64,000 nt of DNA from Antedon mediterranea (Eukaryota; Animalia; Echinodermata). The DNA lies in the NCBI RefSeq assembly GCF_964355755.1, contig NC_092679.1:9903432-9967431 (forward strand). Direction: 5' to 3'. Within the stretch, counting starts at the first letter, position 1. Each line of letters begins with the position of its first letter. Below are positions 54,497-64,000 of the stretch, one piece after another. The position numbers and the translations under genes were made by a program. Below the pieces are notes generated by a model. It was not told the origin of the DNA. It saw only the letters and a list, made by a program, of their open reading frames with translations, and searched no databases.

Positions 54497-57400
54497 ATGG
54501 AGTACCATACATATGCATTGAGTAATTTATGTCGTGTATGTGGTGTCAAGTTAACACGAAATCAGCGAAAATTTGACCTAACTAAAGTAAAAGATAGCGT
54601 CCTGACATTTTTAAATATCAATTTAACTCATGAAAACAAAGATGTACATCCACCATTCATTTGCAAGAACTGTCAATTTTCAAGCTATAACAAGGTTAGC
54701 ACAACTCAAAGGTACATCTGGAGACAACACACACAACAATCATGTTTCACATGTTATTTATTATCAGAACAGTCAAAACCAGGTAAGAGACTAAAACAAG
54801 TAAAACTCAACACATTATTTTCTGAAACAGAATGTGACGTTATTCCATCAAAATTTACAGTCAATGACAAAATCAATTCTGAACCTTTCATTTGCCAAAT
54901 ATGCAACTCGATTTTGTCTTTCAACAGTCTTGAGTCAAACTGTTCACATCACTATTGTTCTAGTTGTATGTATAATTTGTTTAGTACCCTCCATGTTAAC
55001 GTATGTTCATGTCTTGTGTGCGCAAAGCCAATGCACATGCTGGAATTTAAACCCGCCTCCCAAATTGTAATAGAGTCTCTAAAATCACTAGAATTACAAT
55101 GCTCGTGCAATAAGTTCATAAAATACTCTCAACATCAGAGACATATTTGTGAACACCAGACAACTAAAGAAGTGATTTATCATAATGTTTCAAAAGCTGT
55201 ATCAATGTTAGAGAAATCACTAGAAGATAGTCATGTCTCCCAAACAATACAAACGTTTGCAGAAAAAGTTGTTTACAATCAACTAAAGAAAAGTAAGGAA
55301 ATGCTGATTGCAACAAATGGTCGGGTGAGTGCTTTAAAACAAATTCTGTAATTATCATATTGCATGTTATAAAAAGTAGATTAATATTATTATAACAGAA
55401 TTGTTAGCATAAAACATACAAATACAATTCTTATCTACAGCCAGCAAAGATTGCTATGATACCAAACACCAAAGTCTCAAGCGATAAGGCCAGTTCTCGA
55501 ACTGTTTCAAGACGAGCAAATAGCATCAGCAGCATCATAAAATCAGTTGGCAATAGTGAGGCTGGTGATTTCCATCAAAAAGTGTACTCAGCCAAACATA
55601 TGAGTCAAGCGGTCTTAAAAACAGCCAACATAGCATCAACTTCGTCTATAGATACAGATAAGGCTCTGGCAATGGTGTCAGACTGCCATCTGGCATGGAA
55701 CCAGCTACGAAAGCTAAGAAGGTAAACAAACAATTATGTGATTAAATAAAACCATGCATGAATACAGGCATTTTAGACACAGTCAAGTATGTCTAATAAT
55801 AAAGCGAGACTACATTATTAATCATTTTTTATGTACTAGATATGTGGAGAAGGGGACAATACCATCAGAGAAAAGGATGCGGCAGCGGCAAAATGATCTC
55901 ATTGGGGATTATTTTGAATCCACAATGGAAATGCTATGTTTTAGGTCTGAGACGTCCCCAGACGGGATAGAATTAAGATCAACGCCTACTGTCAAACTGA
56001 AAAACATTAAAAAAGTTGTATTTTCATATCTTGATGAACACTCAAGGTACGCTGAAGTTAAATTTAAATATGTGCTTACAAAGTGTAGAACTTACTTTTT
56101 AGGACTTTACTTTTGTTCCTATGGATTTTGCTATGGAAATAAAAGTTAAAAGAAATTAATTAAAAACTGAATTAATATTTACTAAATTTTTTACAGACTG
56201 AACAACCTATCTCCCAATAATAACGAGATTTGGATAAAGTTTGGCGGGGATAAGGGAGGTGGAAGTACCAAATATGAGGTACAGATATGTAGCCTCGCCA
56301 AACCAAATTCAATTAACAACATCATCGTCGTACTAATATTTGATGCCCCTGACATGATGTTTAATATTAACCGGACTCTTCCGGAAGTGGCCCACCAAGT
56401 TGTTGCTTTGAACGGGGAAAAATGGCGGTAAGAATACAACTAGTATATCAACTTAACAATTATGTGGATGCGTATATAAGTAATAAAATAAAAATATATG
56501 TATAATTTCTTTCAGCAATTACACACTGAGAGTTTTCTGTTTTGGGGACTATGAATATCTAACAAAACTCTATGGATTAAATGGACCAAATGGTAAACTA
56601 TTAAATTATTTTATCATCATTTAATTTATACAAAATCTTTCTAAGCCAATTTTATTTATACTGTATTACTGCATATTTTAGCATTTTTAAACATTGTGAA
56701 AAAATTTGAATACTTTTAGCTCGATACTGCTGTCTCTTTTGTGAAAAACCAAAAGCAGAAATGCAATTAAAGGCACCACCCGCCAAACAGCGATCATTGG
56801 CTTCAATCAGAGCCAACTATAGAATGTTTATGGAAGATGGCGGAATTGAAAGCCGATCTAAGGATGTTTCCATGAGCGTTGTTAATAATCCCTTAGTATC
56901 AATTGAGGTAGATCATGTAAGTACATCAGTTTTGTTTTTAATTATCTTTATATTAGAGAAACAAATGTACTTACTTCATTATATGGCACTGTTGGTATTA
57001 AAATTTATATCTTTTAGGTGTCTGTTCCTAGCCTGCACTTGTCATTGGGCATATTCAAGAAGCTCTTTGATATGCTTGAGACGGAGGCGCACAGCATAGA
57101 TTGCCTCATATATTCCCTAAGGAAAAATGGAGAACTTGATGACACTTCTGAATCAAAGTTTGATAAAATAATTCAACATCAGATCCAAACACAAATTGAT
57201 ATCAAAGAAAAGATTGAAGAAAAGAAATTAAAGTTGACTGAGATGGAGGATGCAATGCCATTAATCTATCTTAAAGGAAGTGTTGATGGTAGCATCATTA
57301 CCAATGTGGGAAAGATAGTCAAATTGAGAGAAGAGATTGAGTCACTGGTAAGTTACTCAAACAATAAATGACATGTATGTGTCTGGCAAGACGCATCTAC

Positions 57401-58396
57401 ACACACACATACTCTAAAGACAAAACTTGTATTATATTTTATTTTACAGACAAAATGCATGGAAAATGGGCTTCCATTTGGAACGGGTCCAATTGTCACA
57501 TCACTGGAGCGTGTGCTACAAAAAAATCGCATCCAACGGCAAGCCTATCATGGTAAATCATTTATTGGTAACCATGTTCATAAATGTTGTCAGGTAAATT
57601 AACTATTCTTTTAATTGATATTGTTTCAACTGTTAATTATTAAAATTGTAGTTTTTAAAATGTATATTTGTTTTTAATAGGACCACGTTAGGAATGAACT
57701 AGTGAATGCTCCACTACATGAAATGAAAATTCAAGAAGCTGAGATTCCTATCGGAAAAATTCAGCTAATTGACAAAAGAGTAAAAGAATTAGTCACCAAG
57801 TACGATGCACTCCTTTCAAAATTTTCTAGGGTTCACAACAACTTGAATAATTCAAAACCTGTCACAGATGTTGATATTCAAAGAAATGGTAATGTAATTA
57901 TGCTTACCTTTCAAGGTATTCCTTAGACATGCCATTGTTTCTTTTCCTACAACACACTGCAACTGTTTCTTTTCTCTTCTACAAAAAAAAATTCAGATGA
58001 AGCCATAAAAGACTTTATGGAGGAATATCGAAAAACCAACAAAAGTATATCTCCAAAATTACATATGCTCGAGGAACATGTCATTCCCCAATTAAAGGCT
58101 TGGAGATTTGGTCTGGGACTGGTTAGCGAGCAAGGTGGGGAGTCTATTCACGCCGCGCTTAATAAAAGGAAAAGAACAGTTGCTGGGATGCATGACAGAC
58201 TTGGACAGTTAACATCCATGATGCGGTCACATGCAATTACCACTCAGCCATGCATAATAGAAGAAATAGTTGAACCCAAAAGAAGAAAAATTGGTAACAA
58301 TTTACACTTTATTGATTACACTATTTGTGCTTTTTAGCTCCCTGCTCACCAAAAATTAAATAAACCTGTTTATATTTTTCAGAAAAAGAAGAATAA
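54497..58396 (+). CDS. RAG1-like / Chapaev-type DDE transposase with N-terminal Zn domain and RING finger, 11 exons, ~937 aa, no stops in the spliced model
   Basis: Hand-built GT-AG model with compatible phases: 54497-55324, 55441-55721, 55840-56046, 56197-56427, 56516-56592, 56720-56916, 57018-57347, 57450-57593, 57681-57888, 57997-58293, 58383-58396 (last exon uncertain; the alternative stop is at 58337). Motifs: LCRVCG..HPPFICKNC..WRQH..CFTC; RING CQIC..CSHHYCSSC..CLVC; NGRP; GGDKGGG (D1); FGDYEYL (D2); CCLFC; LHLSLG; RQAYHGKSFIGNH; PKLHMLEEH; SEQGGESIH (E). Confidence 0.88.
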
Positions 58397-59542
58397 AGTA
58401 CACGACAATGAATACGAAATAAAAGAAAATATAGGCTTACTGATAAATCTGACGGAGTGCCATCTTCTTCTTTATTATGGATTCTCTTATGAACCACACT
58501 TGCATCAATAAAGTAGTCGTACTTGTTTGTGTTGGTGGTATTTTTGGAACCTGTAGTACAATTTTTGAATTATAAATATTTATCATCATTATTTTAAAAA
58601 AATGGTGGACTAGCGATTGAAATACATGATGAAATATTATATTATTATTAGGACTATACTGTCAAAATTAAAATCAAAATTTTATTTTTTATTCTACAAA
58701 TGCAATGCTGTTGCTGCCATAGTTTAGTAATATTCAAGCCATAGGAAGATAGACTATGATATTTTCACATTTTCTACTGTAGAATAACTTAGGCCCTCAT
58801 GAAAGCTAGTTAGTAAGTATACCTATCCTCCTAGGCCTACCTATGTCTTGATGGTACCATATTAAAAAATTAGGCCTAGCCTAGCTAGATAGAGCTGTTA
58901 CTAAGCCTGGCCCTGCTGATTTCCCCTCTTAACGACATATACTTGGGCTAGGCCTACTAAGAGTATATTATTCTAGGCCTAGGCCTATACAGTATTTATT
59001 TTTCGTGGCTTAAACCTAGTACTTGGTGACAAACCTTTGTTAGGCCTAGGCCTTTAGCAGCACACCCACGTGTGCAAAACAGGCAAATGGGCCCCGACTT
59101 TCTGTGTATATAATTATTAAACTGGATTAGACGTCAGCGAGATTTTTTAAATATTGTTTATCAAGTTTTTGAATTTTCACATCGACTAGGCGCCGATGTT
59201 TATGTAAATTGCAAAAAAAATATATAACCTCACCATTACCCTGTAATTAAACTGCTATTTTTTACTGTTTTTTGTCGCAAAATAGACGTAAGATTTCAAT
59301 ACTCATATCTGGTGAAGTCTTGAGAAACGGAGTGACCGCTGGCTTCGAATATCAATTACATGCCTTCTTCTTCGAATATAACATGAATATTCATTAAATT
59401 TTCAATTATAACACTGTCTATTGGTCAGTTTATTCCCTCTCTTTTACCAGGGTATTAAAAATAGTCTTCCGGGTATTTAAACTAGCGCCCTCTATAACAT
59501 AAAATAAGAAAAAGCGAGCATCGAAACTATAGAGGGCTCACC

Positions 59543-59570
59543 ACTTTTTGTCTCGCTGGAAACTGCCGTG
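59543..59570 (-). promoter_or_regulatory. 3' end: RSS-like heptamer - 12-bp spacer - nonamer
   Basis: Reverse complement CACGGCA gtttccagcgag ACAAAAAGT ggtgagccctcta. Confidence 0.75.
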
Positions 59571-60449
59571 GTGCATATCTTGGTAGTTTTTAACAACTCG
59601 TGCCGCTGTATTTTGAATCAGCTGAAGCCTGTGGAGTTGTTTTTGTGGGAGACCAAATAACAAGGAGTTACACATATCGAGACGCGAACTAACAAATGCA
59701 TGTACAAGTTGCTCAGCAGCTGCACGATTTAAGTATTTTCTGATGCCTTGAATATTTCTTAAATGATATGACGATGCAGACGTAATTTTAGAAATTATGA
59801 GCCGTCATTGTCATATTAGAATCCAGAATTACACCAAGATTTGTAACTTGTGTAGTATTTTTAGTACAAAAGTTACCAATGGAAACCCTCTTAGATGGAA
59901 TTTTCTCTAATTGTTTTTGCGAACCAAATAGAATGCACTCAGTCTTATCATCATCATTAAGTTTCAAAAAGTTTTTGGCCATCCAGACACGAATTTCAGA
60001 GATACATTTTTCAAGCAAATCAATTGATAATTCACCCTTTGTCATGGTAGGTTTAAACGATATATATATCTGAGTGTCATCAGCGTAAACATGATAACTA
60101 AGATTATATTTCTTAATGATATCACGAATAGGATACACATAAATTGTAAACAATTGTGGACCTAACACAGATCCTTGCGGAACAGAGTAATTTAAAGTGG
60201 TAGGTTGAGAGATTTCCTCTCTAATACAAATGTGTTGAGGTCTGTCCTCCAAGTATGATTGACACCATCTTAGTGCACATCCCTGAACACCAATAGAAGC
60301 ATGCAACCTCTCAGTCAGAATACTATGATCTACTGTATCAAACGCAGCACTCAAATCCAGTAAAATTAAAGCAGTTACTTTTTCAACATCCATCGCACGA
60401 AGTATATCATTGCTAACGCGCAGGAGTGCAGTTTCAGTACTGTGATGTG

Positions 60450-63400
60450 ATTGAGAGAGAGAGATAGATCAGCGAGAGCGAGATAGATTAGCGAGAGAGA
60501 GATAGATCAGCGAGAGAGAGATAGATCAGCGAGAGAGAGATAGATCAGCGAGAAAGAGATAGATCAGCGAGAGAGATAGATAGATCAGCGAGAGAGAGAG
60601 AGAGAGATAGATCAGCGAGAGAGAGAGAGATAGATCAGCGAGAGAGAGAGATATAGATCAGCGAGAGAGAGATAGATCAGCGAGAGGGAAAGATAGATCA
60701 GCGAGAGAGAGATAGATCAGCGAGAGAGAGAGAGAGATCATCGAGAGAGAGAGATAGATCAGCGAGAGAGAGATAGATCAGCGAGAGAGAGAGAGATAGA
60801 TCAGCGAGAGAGAGATAGATCAGCGAGAGAGGAAAAGTTCAGCGAGAAAGATATAGATCAGCGACAGAGAGATAGCTCAGCGAGAGAGAGATAAATCAGC
60901 GAGAGAGATATAGATCAGCGAGAGAGATAGATCAGCGAGAGAGAGATAGATCAGCGAGAGAGAGAAAGATCAGCGAGAGAGAGATAGATCAGCGAGAGAG
61001 AGATAGATCAGCGCGAGAGATAGATCAGCGAGAGAGAGAGAGATAGATCAGCGAGAGAGAGATAGATCAGCGAGAGAGAGAGAGAGAGAGATAGATCAGC
61101 GAGAGAGAGACAGATAGATCAGCGAGAGAGAGTGAGAGAGATAGATCAGCGAGAGAGAGAGATAGATCAGCGAGAGAGAGGGATAGATCAGCGAGAGAGA
61201 GATAGATCAGCGAGAGAGAAAAAGATCAGCGAGAGAGAGATAGATCAGCGAGAGAGAGATAGATCAGCGACAGAGAGATAGATCAGCGAGAGAGATATAG
61301 ATCAGCGAGAGAGATAGATCAGCGAGAGAGAGATAGATCAGCGAGAGAGAGAAAGATCAGCGAGAGAGAGAGATAGATCAGCGAGAGAGAAATAGATCAG
61401 CGAGAGAGATAGATCAGCGAGAGAGAGAGATAGATCAGCGAGAGAGATAGATCAGCGAGAGAGAGAGATGGATCAGCGAGAGAGAGAGATAGATCAGCGA
61501 GATAGAGAAAGATCTGCGAGAGAGAGATAGATCAGCGAGAGAGAGATAGATCAGCGAGAGAGATATAGATCAGCAAGAGAGAGATAGATCAGCGAGAGAG
61601 AGATAGATCAGCGAGAGAGAGAGAGAGATCAGCGAGAGAGAGATAGATCAGCGAGAGAGAGATAGATCAGCTAGAGAGAGAGATAGATCAGCGAGATAGA
61701 GAAAGATCAGCGAGAGAGAGATAGATCAGCGACAGAGAGATAGATCAGCGAGAGAGCGATAGATCAGCGAGAGAGATATAGATCAGCGAGAGAGAGATAG
61801 ATCAGCGAGAGATAGATAGATCAGCGAGAGAGAGAGAGAGATAGATCAGCAAGAGAGAGATAGATCAGCAAGAGAGAGATAGATCAGCGAGAGAGAGAGA
61901 TAGATCAGCGAGAGCGAGATAGATTAGCGAGAGAGAGATAGATCAGCGAGAGAGCGATAGATCAGCGAGAGAGAGAGATAGATCAGCGAGAAAGAGATAG
62001 ATCAGCGAGAAAGATAGATAGATCAGAGAGAGAGAGAGATAGATCAGCGAGAGAGAGAGAGAGAGATAGATCAGCGAGAGAGAGATAGATCAGCGAGAGA
62101 GAGAAAGATCAGCGAGAGAGAGAGATAGATCAGCGAGAGAGAAATAGATCAGCGAGAGAGATAGATCAGCGAGAGAGAGATAGATCAGCGAGAGAGAGAT
62201 AGATCAGCGAGAGAGAGAGATGGATCAGCGAGAGAGAGAGATAGATCAGCGAGATAGAGAAAGATCTGCGAGAGAGAGATAGATCAGCGAGATAGAGATA
62301 GTTCAGCGAGAGAGAGATAGATCAGCAAGAGAGAGATAGATCAGCGAGAGAGAGATAGATCAGCGAGAGAGAGAGAGAGAGATCAGCGAGAGAGAGATAG
62401 ATCAGCGAGAGAGAGATAGATCAGCTAGAGAAAGAGATAGATCAGCGAGATAGAGAAAGATCAGCGAGAGAGAGATAGATCAGCGACAGAGAGATAGATC
62501 AGTGAGAGAGAGATAGATCAGCGAGAGAGATATAGATCAGCGAGAGAGAGATAGATCAGCGAGAGATAGATAGATCAGCGAGAGAGAGAGAGATAGATCA
62601 GCAAGAGAGAGATAGATCAGCAAGAGAGAGATAGATCAGCGAGAGAGAGAGATAGATCAGCGAGAGCCAGATAGATTAGCGAGAGAGAGATAGATCAGCG
62701 AGAGAGAGAGATAGATCAGCGAGAAAGTGATAGATCAGCGAGAGAGATAGATAGATCAGCGAGAGAGAGAGATAGATCAGCGAGAGAGAGAGAGATAGAT
62801 CAGCGAGAGAGAGAGATATAGATCAGCGAGAGAGAGATAGATCAGTAAGAGGGAGAGATAGATCAGCGAGAGAGAGATAGATCAGCGAGAGAGAGAGAGA
62901 GATCAGCGAGAGAGAGAGATAGATAGGCGAGAGAGAGATAGATCAGCGAGAGAGAGAGATAGATCAGCGAAAGAGAGATAGATCAGCGAGAGAGAAAAAT
63001 ATCAGCGAGAGAGAGATAGATCAGCGACAGAGAGATAGATCAGTGAGAGAGAGATAGATCAGCGAGAGAGATATAGATCAGCAAGAGAGATAGATCAGCG
63101 AGAGAGAGATAGATCAGCGAGAGAGAGAAAGATCAGCGAGAGTGAGATAGATCAGCGAGAGAGAGATAGATCAGCGAGAGAGATAGATCAGCGAGAGAAA
63201 GAGATAGATCAGCGAGAGAGAGAGATAGACCAGCGAGAGAGATAGATCAGCGAGAGAGAGATAGATAAGCAAGAGAGAGATAGATTAGCGAGAGAGAGAT
63301 AGATCAGCGAGAGAGAGATAGATCAGCGAGAGAGAGAGAGGTCAGCGAGAGAGAGATAGATCAGCGAGAGAGAGAGAGAGATAGATCAGCGAGAAAGAGA

Positions 63401-64000
63401 GAGACAGATAGATCAGCGAGAGAGAGTGAGAGAGATAGATCAGCGAGAGAGAGAGAGAGAGATATAGATCAGCGAGAAAGAGAGATAGATCAGCGAGAGA
63501 GAGATTGATCAGCGAGAGAGAAAAAGATCAGCGAGAGAGAGATAGATCAGCGACAGAGAGATAGATCAGCGAGAGAGAGATAGATCAGCGAGAGAGATAT
63601 AGATCAGCGAGAGAGATAGATCAGCAAGAGAGAGATAGATCAGCGAAAGAGAGAAAGATCAGCGAGAGGGAGATAGATCAGCGAGAGAGAGATAGATCAG
63701 CGAGAGAGATAGATCAGCGAGAGAGAGAGATAGATCAGCGAGAGAGAGAGAGATAGATCAGCGAGAGAGATAGATCAGCGAGAGAGAGATAGATAAGCGA
63801 GAGAGAGATAGATTAGCGAGAGAGAGATAGATCAGCGAGAGAGAGATAGATCAGCAAGAGAGAGATAGATCAGCGAGAGAGAGATAGATCAGCGAGAGAG
63901 AGAGAGAGATCAGCGAGAGAGAGATAGATCAGCGAGAGAGAGATAGATCAGCTAGAGAGAGAGATAGATCAGCGAGATAGAGAAAGATCAGCGAGAGAGA
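60450..64000 (+). repeat. TAGATCAGC(GA)n minisatellite (continues beyond the window)
   Basis: Same unit, plus orientation. Confidence 0.97.

Larger units (their letters stand above)
53836..59570 (+). mobile_element. 5,735-bp, apparently autonomous RAG1-related DNA transposon (Chapaev/N-RAG-TP-like)
   Basis: 12-bp perfect TIR CACGGCAGTTTC. 4-bp TSD GTGC (53832-53835 / 59571-59574), confirmed against the empty site in the upstream L2 (aagatatgcacacatatcaa). Contains one spliced transposase gene. Confidence 0.93.
53188..60449 (-). mobile_element. Inverted 5'-truncated copy of the same L2 (equivalent to ~48296-49816), split by a DNA transposon
   Basis: 53188-53835 and 59571-60449 are the reverse complement of the 3' part of the upstream L2 and rejoin at GTGC. 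Confidence 0.93.

Noticed and set aside
56191-56439. Minus-strand 82-aa ORF
   Set aside because: Antisense shadow of transposase exon 4, which holds GGDKGGG on the plus strand.
54497-58396. Calling the gene RAG1 or Transib
   Set aside because: Catalytic motif contexts and the 4-bp TSD fit Chapaev-type enzymes better, so no gene symbol is assigned without a phylogeny.
58400-59540. RAG2-like gene opposite the transposase (ProtoRAG layout)
   Set aside because: Only ~1.1 kb of AT-rich sequence, with no ORF of 60 aa or more and no kelch or PHD motifs.

Overview
AT-rich eukaryotic, repeat-dense DNA, probably from a marine invertebrate (inference). No ordinary host gene is evident. 1-13 kb: degenerate tRNA-Val copies and a ~260-bp tRNA-like (Pol III A/B box) satellite, interrupted by a 5'-truncated CR1-type LINE, a duplicated ~1.3-kb block and an LTR+PBS fragment. 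13-64 kb: a very long purine-rich minisatellite [TAGATCAGC(GA)n, ~19 bp] carrying insertions: a 2.15-kb non-coding CAC...GTG element, a decayed full-length L2 LINE (ORF1 with an RNase H1-type hybrid-binding domain and an SGNH esterase), and an inverted partial copy of that L2. Inside the inverted copy sits a 5,735-bp DNA transposon (53836-59570, 4-bp TSD). It encodes an apparently intact 11-exon, ~937-aa DDE transposase colinear with RAG1 (N-terminal Zn domain, RING, GRP/NBD-like segment, DDE core), whose core motifs and 4-bp TSD point to the Chapaev/N-RAG-TP group. Both this transposon and the 2.15-kb element have asymmetric RSS-like ends: CAC heptamer, spacer of 11-12 bp at one end and 21 bp at the other, nonamer ACAAAAAGT/ACACAAAGT. 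No RAG2-like ORF is visible. All family assignments are from motif recognition by eye, not from database searches.
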